Assembly (NCBI GenBank): GCA_965603825.1
Contig: CBFDEM010000018.1
Span: 372,001 to 436,000 of the forward strand
From: Blepharisma stoltei ATCC 30299
Lineage: Eukaryota; Protista; Ciliophora
Length of the DNA: 64,000 nucleotides
Reading direction: 5' to 3'
This document shows positions 49,624 to 62,969 of the stretch, piece after piece. The notes beneath the pieces were generated by a model, which was given only the letters and a program-made list of their open reading frames with translations, was not told the origin of the DNA and did no database searches. Positions within the stretch are counted from its first letter, which is position 1; each line of letters begins with the position of its first letter. Position numbers and translations under genes: made by a program.

Positions 49624-49923
49624 TGACTGTAAAATGTTTCGTTAATAATATTCAAAAAATAAATTTTGCCAATTAACCTTTGCAGCTGATTCAAAATAGG
49701 TCAGCCGTGTAACTGTTTCGTTTATGCTAAAAAATTTCACTGTATAAGATATCTTTAATTTAAAACGTTTGAAAAAATTCTTGTGGATGCTGAGCAAATC
49801 GGAATATTTGGATAAAAAATGAAATTTATTAACGCTTATGCTGATTTTCATATAAAAATTTTTTACATAATTCCGTTAAATATTTAAATGATTTTTAAGC
49901 TGAAGATAAATGATAGTTATTAA

Positions 49924-50572
49924 TTAGCAGCATCCTTGTTTCTGCTGTGCAATGGATCTTCCAGAGGTAAGCTTTGACCCTCTTCCAGTTCCTGGTGGGC
50001 TAGATGTGGTAGATGTCGCAATTCTTCCTTTGATTTCACTTGCCATTCTTAAAAAGGACTGTTCGACATTTTGAGAAGTCTTTGCTGAGGTTTCTATAAA
50101 CGGGATTCCAAGACCGTCAGCGAACTGTTTTCCTTCTTCATAAGAAACAGCTCTTTTTTCTTCAAGGTCACATTTATTCCCAATAAGTAATCTATTGACG
50201 CTGTCACTTGCATAGCGTTGGATCTCTCCTAGCCAGTTATTGACATTTGTGAATGATTCCCGGTCAGTGATATCATAAACAATGATAATCCCATGAGCGC
50301 CTCTATAATAAGAAGACGTGATAGTTCGGAATTTTTCTTGTCCAGCTGTGTCCCAGATCTGCATTTTTATTATTTTTCCTTCATGTTCTACTGTTTTGAT
50401 TTTCTGAAGTAAAACTTACAAAATCAACTCCGATTGTGGAGACAAAAGACTCAGTGTAGCTATTTTCAGAAAACCTTAAAAGGAGAGAAGATTTCCCGAC
50501 TGAAGAGTCGCCTATAAGCAGAAGCTTGAAAAGGTAGTCGCTGATTAGGAATTACTATTCTGGGTTAGCCAT
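49924..50572 (-). CDS. RAB1: Rab1-family GTPase, 205 aa; introns 50541-50555 (15 nt) and 50404-50419 (16 nt)
   Basis: Spliced product [23 protein letters not shown]...STIGVDFKIK..., [32 protein letters not shown]-terminal CC. Confidence 0.95.
50404..50419 (-). other. 16-nt intron
   Basis: gtaagttttacttcag; removal restores TIGVDF|KIK. Confidence 0.95.
50541..50555 (-). other. 15-nt intron
   Basis: gtaattcctaatcag; removal restores NPEY|DYLFK. Confidence 0.95.
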
Positions 50573-50692
50573 AATTATAATGAATCCAAACTTTTGATTA
50601 TTTAAGGATTTTTTTTATTAGAAAATCCGCAAAAATAATTTTCTTTAAGAAACTATGAGTTTCCTATAAAAGAAATCGATTTATTAACATAA

Positions 50693-53212
50693 ATGGAGCC
50701 TCAGCTTTCTCGAAGATCTTCTGCGTCAATTTCTGGATCTTCATGCAATACTTCGTTTGAGCATATCCTTATGCATCCTTCTGAATTTAGAAACTCATAT
50801 CAGATCCGCACAAGCCAAAGTCTGTCATCAATTAATAACGATCCTGAATCGTCATTTATAGGGAGTGTATATAACTTGGTATCAAAAACGTTGACAATTA
50901 ATCCTGATCCTAGTCCTTTTTTGGAAGAAGTTAGTGAAGAAGAGTTTCAGCCTTATCTAAATAAAATTATGCCACTTTTGCATGAGAAGATGGAACAGGA
51001 TAGCTTGGGGATAACAAGTAGGCTGGAAGAATATACGCCTGAAAAATGCTATGAACTTGTACCTGAAGAATTTTTTGATCCCAAATTTCGAGCTGAAAGG
51101 CATTTGGAGGAAAGATCAATAGACTACCAAGAAACTTTAATATCCCTTTTAGATATGGCAGATGTCTCGATTTTTCACAAAATATCAGACAGATGAGAAG
51201 AATTTATGAACGCTGCTGACAACTTGCAAGGCCTAAACTCTCAGGTAACCGACATGATACAAAGTTTAGAATCAATCTTCCAAGCCAATGAACAATTGCT
51301 AAAAAACTTGTTAATTAAGTCAATAAAAGCATATAGACTACAACGCAGGCTTGAAAATATCAAGAAAGTTGAAGAAAGAATCGGCCTAATTGCAGTTGTA
51401 AAAGAAACTCAGCCAACAGTCCAACAGTTATTAAGTATTGCGCAGTATTCATCAGCTACACAATTAATTATTAAAACACAGCAGACTTTAAATAGCAAGC
51501 TAAAAGGAGTTAAAGCAGTAAGGCACCAAGAGCAGACGCTTAATGAAATAAAACAGCTAGTAGATAAGCTGCTTGATGATGAATTTCAACATGTGATTAT
51601 TGAAGATATTCTAAATAAAGTGTTTGAGCAGACAGATAAACTTGTGAAAATGTTGAAAAGCTCGCAGGGGGAAGATAATTTGGCAAAACTTATTCCAAAG
51701 GATTTGGATAAGCTCAGGCTGGAAAGTTTAGTTGATAATAAAATACACTCTGGGACTTTACAGCAGAGCTTGGAAACATTGACTGATTTGCTAGTTAAAG
51801 ATATGAAAATAAATCTAGTCAAACTTATAGGTCAGCTAGGAGTAATAAAAACTGACGAATCCTCAAAATGGCTAAATATCAGCCACCCTCATCTTTTAAT
51901 TGTTTTCAAAGCTTTTTATTACGTTTTTCAAGCAACTCTACAACGTTTAAGTATTTTTGGAACAATTGTCCTAAACAAATTAGGAGCAAATGGCGATATG
52001 AGTTATTATGATTTAAAGCAAGTCCTATACAGCCAAACTAATTCTAGGCAGATAATTTCTGATTTAAATCAATTCGAAACTACATTAGCAGGCTTATTTT
52101 TTTCAAAATATACCAAAATTTTAAGAATCCGCTCAGAATCAATAAAATCTTTAAATCTTTTAGAGCTCTGTCAGCTTTATGAACAAATAGAAAAACTGTC
52201 TTCAGCCTGAAAAAATTTCTCAAATCAGCAGTCAAATTCTGCTTTAGCTAGTTTTCTCCAGCATGAAAAAGACTATATTTCTGCGTTCCATGAGAAAAAA
52301 ATTGGTGAGCTTTCAGCTTTATTAGAAGGCGAAACCTGGGCCAAAGTCGACGTCCCTGAAGACATGCTCCAAATTATTATGTCCCACCGGTCAGAATCAG
52401 CAAGAATTGGAGGTATGAGACTAGAAACCCCAGACTTCTCAGCGACAGCTTGCTTACTGATGTTTTACAAAATCATTTATGAGTACGTCAAAATGTGTGA
52501 AGAACTTCAAATCCCTAACGAAATCGGAAGCAGGATGGTCGAAATGCTTAAGTTTTACAACTCAAAGACCTTCCACCTCATAGCATCTGCAGGAGCAACC
52601 CAATTTCGGCTTAAAAAAATCACTTCCAAGCATCTTGGGTTATCTGTACAAGGGATTACTTTTATTTTAGAAGAACTCCCATATATAGAAATGAGACTTT
52701 CCAGCAAAATTAAAGACTATGACACCTTATTATCCCCTGAAATCCAGTCTGCCAAAGATGACTATAACGCCCATCTTAAAGAAGTCTACAATAAAATCAC
52801 CCGAATTATTACAGAAAGGGTCACTAAAAAGTGCCAAGAAGCCACAAAAGACGCCAAATGGGAAATGATGATATCCCCTAACCAAACAGACAAAGATTAC
52901 TATATAAACCAAATAATATCTGACGTGTCTTCTATGAACAGCATTTTATGCACAGTTTTGAATGCTTCACAAATGCAGATAGTCTTTGGGCAGATTTTTA
53001 GCTCGATACAGGAATCATTGATAAATTTGTATGGGTCGATTGTGATTGATTCGTATACACCGGCACAGAGGGTGAAAAATGATATGCAGAAACTTGTGAT
53101 GAGCTTGAGGGAAAAGCTGGGATCGAGCAGCATACAGGAATTTATTGAAGATTTGGAAGAAAGGCTGCAGAAGTTTGTGGCTGATAAGTGCCAGGCTTAT
53201 TTGAATGTGTAG
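50693..53212 (+). CDS. VPS54: GARP complex subunit Vps54, ~839 aa
   Basis: TGAs 51194 and 52208 read through; VPEEFFDP.F, LEGETWAKVDVP, LKFYNSK...LI..AGA, LKKITSKHL.L. Confidence 0.88.
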
Positions 53213-53797
53213 ATATAGAAGGATACTTTAAGAATTAAATATTAAGTTAAGATGATATAAAAATATAAAAAGTATAATAAAATGAGAAAGTCTTAATCGG
53301 AAATTAAGGTCACTTTAAATTATAATGTATTGCATAAATTGTTTAATAAATTTATCTAATTACTAATATTAAATATTGAGAACTGCTAATTTAATTTGTA
53401 AATTTTTGTAGTTGTAACCTTTTGCGAATTACAGTAAACCGAGAGCATTAGAAAAATTGGTTTTTAACTGTATCATTTTTATTTATTTGGAATTGGTAGC
53501 TTATATGAATATATGGCAAAATTACTATTAAATATTAAATGCCAACAATGTTATGTATATCATAAAGCTACCAATTAAAATATAAAAATTTTGCATAGTT
53601 AGGCTAATAAAGGTGTCAAATTTTAATATCTAAACATTCTATAGAATTAGCATAAACACCAAAATTCTTATTTTTTTATGGACTTTTTAATCAATTTTCC
53701 TCAAATTCTCAAATTTCTTACATTTTCAATGCTTTTGAAAATTCTGTCACCTTTTCTTTGTGAGTTCCATTTTTACTGGATAATTTACTTTAAAATC

Positions 53798-56686
53798 ATG
53801 AGTGATGAAGACTCTCCTATAGATGAATACGAAGTCATCATAAAGAAGCAAACCAGCCGCACTTCAGAAGATAATGAAGGATCTGAAGAAGATGAAATTG
53901 ACGTCAAAAAAGAAAAATTGAGACTTTCTCCACAACAGCTGGAAGATATTAAAACAGGTCCTGATGGGCTAAATAGTGATGAAGTGAGGGAAAGACTTGC
54001 AAGAGATGGACCGAATGAACTCCCTGAAAAGAGGGTCAACCCCTGCTTAAAGTTTTTGTCTTATTACTGGGGCCCAATGCCGATTATGATTTGGATAGCG
54101 TTTATCCTTGAAGTAATCAGGCAATCGTATATAGATTTTTGTGTCCTTTTCATTCTACAATTTTTCAATGGCTTTGTAGGCTGGTATGAAGAAAAAAACG
54201 CTGGAAACGCCATCGATGCGCTAAAGAAAAATTTAGCTCCGAAGGCAAAAGTAAAAAGAAATGGGGAATGGGGAGTAATATTATCAAAAGAGCTAGTTCA
54301 AGGGGACAGAATCAATATTAAGCTTGGCGACATTATTCCTGCAGATTGTGTCTTAGGCCCTGGATACGCAGAAATCGATCAGTCTGCGTTGACGGGCGAA
54401 TCATTAGCCGTAACAAAATTTGAAGGCGAAATGGTATATCAAGGCTCAGTCTGTAAAAAGGGAGACTTAGAGGCAATTGTAGCGGCAACAGGCGCAAATA
54501 CATTTTTTGGAAAGACTTCTACCTTGGTAGGCCAAGCTCAAAGTAAAGGAAACTTCCAAAAAGTCATATTAAAAGTGACAGGAGTCCTTATGGTAGTTTC
54601 ATTAATCCTTGTGACCATAATCCTAATCGTTGTCCTCACCAAAGGAAATGATTTTTTAGAGACTCTCTCACTTTGTGTAGTCATCCTCGTCGCTTCAATT
54701 CCTATCGCCACACAAGTGGTATGCACAGCTACAATGGCTGTAGGAGCCCATGCACTAGCTAAACGGCAAGCTATTGTAAGTAAACTAAGTTCTATCGAAG
54801 AGCTAGCTGGTATGCAAATCTTATGCAGTGACAAAACAGGCACTTTAACAAAAAATGAGCTCACAGTAAAGCACCCTATTTCACTAAAACATGTAAAGCA
54901 GCAAGAAATTTTTGTAGTTGCAGGCCTTGCTGCGAAAAGAGACCCTACATCTCAAGACGCTATCGATAAATGTATTACTGAATATGCAGTAAACTCTTTA
55001 AAATTGACGTTTGAGAATTATGAAGAATTAGAGTTCATTCCTTTTGATCCAAGCAATAGGAGGACTGAAGCGACAATTAAAGATAAAACGACGGGGGATG
55101 TATTTAAATGCACCAAAGGAGCTCCACAAGTGATACTAAAAATGTCAAATGACCAAAGCATAGCTGATGAATGCGCCAAACACATCGAACAAATTGCCTC
55201 AAGAGGCTACCGAACCCTAGGAGTCGCCAAATCTACAGAAGAAGGAGTCTGGGAAATGCTCGGACTAATCCCTCTCTACGACCCTCCTAGAGACGACACC
55301 AAAGAAACCATCCAAAAAGCCAAACAAATGGAAGTTGCCGTCAAAATGATAACAGGCGACCAGCTCGCAATTGCAAAAGAAACAGCCCGCCTTCTCGACC
55401 TCGGCGACAAAGTGTATAATTCAGAATTTCTAACTGGCAATGAAAACGTCATAGAAAAAGAAGTCGTGAAATCTTTGATCCAAGACGCCAATGGTTTTGC
55501 TGAGGTTTTCCCTGAGCATAAATTTGGGATCGTCAAAATTCTTCAAGAAATGGGAAAACGTGTCGGAATGACAGGAGACGGTGTCAATGATGCCCCTGCC
55601 TTAAAGCAAGCTGATGTCGGAATTGCAGTAGATGGCGCAACGGACGCTGCCAGAGCTGCTGCAGATATCGTCTTGACAAGCCCAGGCCTTTCAGTCATTA
55701 TTGAAGCTATATATAGAGCTCGAAAAATATTCCAAAGGATGAATAATTATTGTATTTACCGTGTAGCCTGCACAGTGCAGCTGCTGGTATTTTTCTTTAT
55801 TACAATGTGTGCTATAAACCCTCAAAACTTTGACTGTGGCGTAAAATCTCCAACTGATGATTATTGTGATAAAGTCCCTAATACTTTTTCCCTTCCTGTA
55901 ATTGCAATTGTATTGATCACCGTGCTTAATGATGGGACGATTGTGTCAATTGCGTATGATAAAGTAACTGTGTCGAAAAAGCCTGAAAAATGAAATTTGA
56001 CACTGATGTTTTTTAATTCCTGCACGCTAGGGGCGATTGCTTTGGTTTCTTCAGTTACGTTAGTGCTGCTAATGCTTTCAAATATGGATTATTATGACTC
56101 TTTTTCATTCTTCAAAGCTTTTGATATTGATGCGTTTAAGTATGGAGAAATTTTGACGGCTTTGTATTTGAAGGTGTCAATATCTGATTTTTTGACACTG
56201 TTTTCAGCTAGGACTAGTAGCTGGTTTTGGACGAGGATGCCAAGCAGAATACTTATATTTGCATTTATTTTTGCGTGCATGACTGCAACGCTGTTTTCTT
56301 GCTATTGGTGGCTGGATTTTACTGATGCAGGTGGAAACATCCCTAATATGAAATCAATATCATGGAGACTAGCGGGATGGATCTGGGGCTATGATATAAT
56401 ATTTTTTATTATACAAGATGTAGTCAAAGTTTTTGAGCTGAAAATGGTCGAAAAGTACTATAAACTGCAAGGAAAAGAAGTTGGGTATTCAGGGTCGCTA
56501 TTGTCTGATAGTTTTCTTACTTTTAAAACAGGCGCTGCTCAAAATATTATAAGAAAAGCTACTTCATCTATTATGAGTCAAAATTCTTTGATGGATTATC
56601 ACCACAGCAAAGCAGTTTCTTCAATTATGAGCAAGCATTCCTCAATGGCCCATAATGTAAAAGCTAGTAAAAAAACAGCTATATAA
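53798..56686 (+). CDS. PMA: P3A-type plasma-membrane H+-ATPase, ~962 aa
   Basis: DQSALTGES, SIPIA, CSDKTGTLT, KGAPQ, DPPRDD, TGDGVNDAPALK, LNDGT; KPEK-W(TGA 55991)-NL. ATG 53798 chosen over 53678, whose extension looks like UTR. Confidence 0.95.
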
Positions 56687-56785
56687 ATTTTACATTTAGT
56701 TTAATTATCTGAAATTTTTAAATCTTAATCTACAATATAAACTATCAGAATAACTTATATAAAGCAGTCAGTTGAGGCAATAAAA

Positions 56786-57439
56786 ATGTCAAAAGCATTC
56801 CAAGAGCGCTTCAAAACAAAATCAAGCATAATGAGCAAATCAGGAGACATTGATATTGACACTCTTCACGCAATCAACAAAAGTGAACTGAGATCGTCTA
56901 TAGATTCTGCTCGCTTGCCATCAAATCCGTTATTATTTCCTCCGATCCAAAAATCACCAATTTCTGAAGAGGTTACCAAATTGAAAAATTTTAATCCTTC
57001 TATTACAAATAACAGTAATAGACTCAACCCTATGTATAGATAATTTAGAACCTCCCCAAGAAACCAAGAAAACTCGAATAAAAGATACTCAAAACTCAGT
57101 GTCAGCCCGAATAAGTTATACAAAAATTTATCACAGCATGCTATTGAAGAAAGAAAAGGAAATTTGGCTAGTAACGTAGATATTTCAATGGATAGTAGCG
57201 TATACATAGCAAGCCATAAGGATTCTTATGTAAATAACTATTATTGGCAGGCAAACCATAAGCCTTCTTATGTGGGAGGCGAAAAGTGGCTTATTGAAAA
57301 AAGCAAAAGAAGACAAAATAGCTACGCGGAAAGAATACAAAATGTAGTAGTCGGAGCTAAAATTAATGCATTTAGCTTTCCTCAACACATTTATCACGGA
57401 AAAAACAATGTGGAACAGAAACCGAGAGTTTATTTTTAA
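56786..57439 (+). CDS. hypothetical protein, ~212 aa; intron 57034-57048
   Basis: Removing gtatagataatttag joins the two ORFs in frame. Confidence 0.7.
57034..57048 (+). other. 15-nt intron
   Basis: gtatagataatttag. Confidence 0.8.
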
Positions 57440-57512
57440 CTGTATTAATTAATTTAATGCTTAAATCGATATTTTTGTAAAATTCATTTAAAATTTGATA
57501 AAAATTATTTAA

Positions 57513-57842
57513 ATGTTGAAAAGAAGAGAAGAGAAAAAAGAAGAAAGAAAAGAACAGCCAGGAGCTGTTTTAAGAGCTGATAACCCTTTTTTCGGAAAGC
57601 AGCTAGCTGATATCCTTGACGAGCTGGAAGGCCCATCTCCGAATATGAGAAACCTTGAAAGTTTAAGAGACAGTTATCTAAAAGACCCTGAATGAGCAGT
57701 ATACAACCCCCAATCTTCTGCAAGCCTAAAACGAAAAACTAAAGATGTCATGACTGATCTTATCGAAGTCCAGCACAAACTTGGCGCCGCTATGGCAGCT
57801 ATTCATGAGCTTAATGAAAGATTAGGAAGATTTAGCTCTTAA
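57513..57842 (+). CDS. small coiled-coil hypothetical protein, ~109 aa
   Basis: TGA 57693 read through to TAA 57842. Confidence 0.65.
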
Positions 57843-57931
57843 TTTGCATTATTTACTTAAAATCTACCTAAAAATCAATGAAAATACGCCAAATTCTGAG
57901 CAGTCTTTAACCATATAACCTTTAAATCTAT

Positions 57932-59269
57932 TTATTGATTAGAAATTCCTTTTTTCACTTTTTCCAAACAAGTCAACACATGTCGGCCATACGGAAAAGT
58001 CTTTAAAGCAGCTGAGTGCTCAGTGACTTTCAAAATCAGCTGATTTTGTACCTCACCTCTTGAAACTTCCAGTGCTTTTTGGATCACAAAATTGGCAAAT
58101 TTGTCAGTCATAAGCTCAAATACATGCTCAGGGGCAAATAGTTCTTTGGCAAAAGCCCTTATATGTTCAGGGTTGCCTACAATTAAGCATTTTTCTATGA
58201 CATTGCTGGCGAATTTATGTTTGCTAAGCTCATATAGTCTTCCAAGGAAAGAGACAATTAATTGGGATTTTAATGGGGCTTGTTCTTTGTCAAGGATATG
58301 CTGGATAACGTAGTTGCCATAATTTTTCTTGCTGAGGTCAACAGCATTTCTTATAATTGCATTGACCATATCCATGATGGCTTCTTTAGGACAAAATTCG
58401 ATAATTCTTTGGACAACTCTGCAGCCATAGGCATGCTCAGCCCAATAAATGGTATTCATTCTTAAGTCATCTACAATAAAGCTCATATAAGGATAAGGGA
58501 GCACTTCTACGCATTTTTGTACAACATGATTAGCATTTTGGTCCTCAACGCATTTTTCCACATGTCCTCTTAGTTCATGAGCCAAATATCTTTTTTGGTC
58601 TATTTCTACCACTTCTAAAGCCTTTTGGACAACTCTGCATCCATACATGTGGGTGGAGAGCTCAATGACTCTTCCTGACATCAAATTTGCAATTGACCTT
58701 CTTTGTTCTAGATTTCCATATTCTAACACTTTCTGAACTACGTAATTTCCGAAGACATCGACAAGCAGCCCAAAACCAGCTCTGTAGATTTCTTCGAAAA
58801 TCAGTTGTTTGTCTTCTGGGAGTACTGTTTCGATCTTCTGCTGCAAATATCTTGATCCTGCCTGCTCTCTAGACATCTCGGCTATTCGGCCTCTTATATC
58901 TGCCAACTCACTACGTTTCGGTGGAGGCATCGATACTTGGAAGTTCCCTGGCACAAACTCAGCCGCACCTAAATTCAGCGATGGCCCATACACAGATGGC
59001 TGTGCAGGCTTTGGATCTTCATTTATACTTAAAGCTGCTAAATCATTCGTAGCTTTCGGAATAGAATATTCTTCCTCTTTTTCTGGCCAAAACACTTGTG
59101 GAAATGGCAAATATACAGAAGGAGCCGATGTCGGTCTTTCAATGAGTTGGTCAAGTTCATCTTTATTGAGGAGCACATGCCGCTTGGTTTTGGTGAACCG
59201 TCTGAATTGTTCTTCGTCTGAGTCGTTGTCTTCAGCAAGAATATTTCCGATTAGTTTAATTTCGTTCAT
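57932..59269 (-). CDS. Pumilio/PUF RNA-binding protein
   Basis: Eight PUF repeats (SRYLQ, NYVVQ, CRVVQ, NHVVQ, CRVVQ, NYVIQ, SNVIE, NFVIQ); PAM2-like LNLGAAEFVP. Confidence 0.95.
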   Translation of the reverse strand: MNEIKLIGNILAEDNDSDEEQFRRFTKTKRHVLLNKDELDQLIERPTSAPSVYLPFPQVFWPEKEEEYSIPKATNDLAALSINEDPKPAQPSVYGPSLNLGAAEFVPGNFQVSMPPPKRSELADIRGRIAEMSREQAGSRYLQQKIETVLPEDKQLIFEEIYRAGFGLLVDVFGNYVVQKVLEYGNLEQRRSIANLMSGRVIELSTHMYGCRVVQKALEVVEIDQKRYLAHELRGHVEKCVEDQNANHVVQKCVEVLPYPYMSFIVDDLRMNTIYWAEHAYGCRVVQRIIEFCPKEAIMDMVNAIIRNAVDLSKKNYGNYVIQHILDKEQAPLKSQLIVSFLGRLYELSKHKFASNVIEKCLIVGNPEHIRAFAKELFAPEHVFELMTDKFANFVIQKALEVSRGEVQNQLILKVTEHSAALKTFPYGRHVLTCLEKVKKGISNQ

Positions 59270-59391
59270 ATCTACAGCTATTATAATAATTCTCAGATAA
59301 TAAATCCATGCTGGGCATTTCTTTGGTATTGTTTAGTTAAAAATTAAGGAAAACTTAAAGAAATTAGACTGGAAAATATATTAGAATAAAT

Positions 59392-60213
59392 ATGCAATCT
59401 GAGCCTCAAAGCATAGCCCATGAAATCGTGATTGACAATCGATCAAATTCTTTAAGTGATATCAGCGAGCTGCCAAGCTACCTTAATGTAGCGGTAAACC
59501 AGAACAACCTTGACAACCTTGATGAAAGTAATTCCAATGATATTTTTATCAACATTACAAACTGCTCAGCACCTGTACATCCAAGTGTATATAACTCTAT
59601 TCCTATTAATGAACTTGACCTAGGTATTGAGCCTAACTGAGAACTCTCACAAACCTGCTGCAGAGCAATCTATCGTGTAGAAGCACCCAATGGAGACGCA
59701 AGAAAAGTTTATGCCTTGGCTCAGCTTAGAAATAGGTCAAGCTGCAGAGTTTTGATGAGCAGGAATAGAGAAATCCCTGTAATAAAAGAAGCTCATTATG
59801 AACTTCAGCCAATTGAAAATACGTTTTTAGAAGAAATATGCAGCCAAGAAGAGTTACAAGATTTTTGCAATGGGGCAGCGATTTATTGTAAAGATATCAT
59901 ACGCAAATTAAACCATTTAGTTTTATTTTACAATGTGACCTCCTATCTATCCCTTATAATATTCGTATTTTTAGCTTTTCTGTTTTTAGCACTAAACCAA
60001 GTGGTGTTGACTTTTGTACTGGTAGGGCTTTTTATGCTATTTATATATGCCTTCCATCATAAGTTTTTTGTTTTTATAAGAGGATACCCAGAAAAAGTGA
60101 ATCAAAAATTGGCTGAATATTTGACTTTTAATAAAATAAACCTAGCACAAATCGGCATAAACCCAAGACCTGGGCCTTTCGGGATTTATATTGAATTTAC
60201 TCCTTATGTATAA
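59392..60213 (+). CDS. hypothetical two-TM membrane protein, ~273 aa
   Basis: TGA 59638 read through; hydrophobic hairpin near the C-terminus. Confidence 0.7.
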
Positions 60214-60238
60214 ATAAATGATTAATGCAGTAAAATAG

Positions 60239-62458
60239 TTAATTATGGTCAGTATTAGATGAATTTAATGAATCTTCTTCCGTTGCTTCTATATGTACAA
60301 CAGAAGTTGATCCTCTTCTCAGACTCCATTTTTTGGACAAATTATCATATACAGAAACATTTTCATTTTTAATCACTGTTTTGACCCTATTCCTATGCCT
60401 CGCTGACTTATATTCCCAAGACCTCATATTGATTTTTAGCTGATCCATACAATTTGAGTCAATATATGACGACTGCAAAAACTGGTTAAAAGCTTCATAT
60501 AGCGGCATCACAATATTTTTCAAAAACCCAGCTTGCGATTTTGCAACGTCTGTGGTCTCTCTATCACAATACATAGAAATTGGCTGATTTTTAAGCTTTT
60601 CTATGTCCCCTTGGTTAAAAAATTCTTCAATTACTAGCAGGCTCCATCTCTCATGCAGTTCTCTGCTTTTTGCAGCATGGCCAATATCAGCGGATTTTAC
60701 CATAATTTTCATGATATCGATTCTAGTTTCATAGTTTTCAAGGACTTTTGGAGAGGAATTCATTAATTTGACGCGAAATTGGCCTAAAATATCGAAGTGC
60801 TTTTGCATGTCAGTGGCAAGGATCATTTCTACAATTTCTTTGCGGACCATAATTCAGGTATCCGAGCTTAAGGTGCTTAAAATATTGGCATTAGTCTGCT
60901 TCATTATTTGGAAAACGGTGGAGCAGTGCATCATTTCGAGGACTGAAGTGTCATTATAAAGAATTGCAAGCTCATCTTTATTTGTGACTAAAAAACGATT
61001 AGAAAATGCAGGATGGCCTACATCGTGGCCTAAACATGCAATTATTGTAGCTAATATATCAAATTCTAAATAATAATCTGACAGAATAGATTTGTTAATA
61101 AAATAAATGGAAGACGCCAGCATATCTGCAGCATGTGAAGAGTTATGGAACGGATTATTTTTATATAGCGATTCCAATTTTTCAAAAAAGCAGGTATACA
61201 CTGATTCAGGTATGCTAAAAGTGTCATCAAGCCTATATTTTTTTATGCAGTAGCTCCCAACAATATGGAGAGGCTTATCATGGGTGCAGTCCTTTAAAAA
61301 AAACATATCAAAATTCCAGTTTTTCCCAATCTGGCTGAGGACACCTATAAGCTCATCTTCATGATACTCTTTGCGGAGCTCTGAAGTTTTTAAAGTTCTC
61401 ATGCGGTGCCTTATTCTTTTTTCTGGCAAATATTGCAAGCCAGTTCATGTTTCTTTGATATAGCGGCGGTCTTCTGGGTCAATTCCATAAGTTATCGCTT
61501 CTATATCAGCAGAATATATATTACTTTTTGACGAAATTATCCCAATTACTGTGTTTGCTAATTTTATTGCCCCATTAAGTTTCAATTTCAGTTCTCCTGA
61601 TAAAGAATCAGCGACATACTGGATAAGCGAAATCGACTCTTTTATTTTAGAGGTAACTTTTTCAAGCTCACTTGTAGCTGGCTCATTATCATGGTTTTCT
61701 GGCTCATTGGACTTAGAAATTTGCTCAATTTGGAACTGTTCTCTTGCAGAGTGCTCAATGGTATAAAATTTTCTAGTTTCAAAAGAAATCTGAAGTAAAT
61801 AAATTGATATTTCAATAAATGTAGCTAGGTAAGACTGCTCTGTCAATATATGAGAAACAAAATAAATCAAAGCGGTAAATAAATTCCAAAGCGCAAAGCA
61901 TAAATAGCTTGTGTGGAGAGTAAATTTAGAAATTATTAGCATAATGATTAGACCTGGGATACAAGAAACACTACCACTTATATCCCCTTCAAAAACTTCA
62001 TTAAGAACAGGCGCATCATTTAAAACCAAAAATAGTCCAGTAAAAAAATAAGTCAGCTGGAGCAAAAATAAATTGTGAAACTTAAACTTGATGTAAAAGA
62101 TGAGGAAAAATGTTATAGAGTTTATCAAAATAAGGCCTCCGAATAGAGAAAGCTCAAATATGATGATTTTTGAAGTGCAAGCTGAGCTAAGTGCGTTATA
62201 AATATACACAATAAGGTATAAAATACATATCAAGTAGTAGTTATAAAAAAAGTGCTTCTTTTGTATCTGAATTTCTAAAAAAGCTTGAAATAAGTCAGAG
62301 CCAGAAAGGACTTGGCTTTGGTATGCTTTTTCTGTAGCTTCATTTGAAAATTTCAGAGAAAAAGCTTTTTTGCTTCTGCAAGGTGAATCGCCGATGTATG
62401 TGTTAACTGACGCTGCATGTAAGCCATCATCATGGCTAGGAGAAGGACCTATTTTCAT
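60239..62458 (-). CDS. multi-TM class I cyclic nucleotide phosphodiesterase, ~739 aa
   Basis: About six N-terminal TMs; TGAs 61445 and 60854; FHNSSHAAD, GHDVGHP, LEMMH, ILATD, SADIGH, SQAGF. Confidence 0.92.
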
Positions 62459-62969
62459 TTATAAGCTAGAGATTAATTTTTCATTAGATATTATAGTGGA
62501 GAATGTACAATTGGAAGATAAAGATTGAGGGATAAAAATAGCCTTTTGCTTGAATTAATTTTGGAAAATAAAGGATTAATTCTCTCTATAATTCTAAGGC
62601 ATCAGCCATAAATTTCACTGATTAAAAAAGAATTTTAAGAAGGTTTAAGATAAGTTGAAGAAAAAAAGGAGCGGCTTGGCTTGTACAGGCAGGGATAAGT
62701 GATTAATAAAATTATTATTAGGTGAGCTGTGGGAAAAGCAGGCACTTTTTGTTATTATATATTATAGAGTTCTCAGAGCAAATAGGTCTCTGCCATTATG
62801 TAAATTAGACATTAAACCAAGTTGATTTATAATTTTAATTTATACGATATTTTAAGGTTTTTTTAATAAATTGCAATGATCACTCTGGTCTCAAAGAATT
62901 ATTTTATTCATTCCAAAACCTTAATATTTTTGTACCGTATATCTTAGAAATGATATATAAATTATTTAT

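Noticed and set aside
666-57048. TAG/TAA read-through (as Gln) at the intron sites
   Set aside because: Each internal TAA/TAG lies in a 15/16-nt GT-AG segment with a shared consensus; Rab1 homology requires removal; TAG and TAA end genes normally.
111-61447. Selenocysteine or Cys reading of TGA
   Set aside because: TGA aligns with Trp, not Cys; no convincing SECIS found.
62655-62750. GC-richer patch bounded by A/T runs, vaguely like SRP helix 8
   Set aside because: Does not match the SRP, tRNA or snRNA consensus; pairing is weak.
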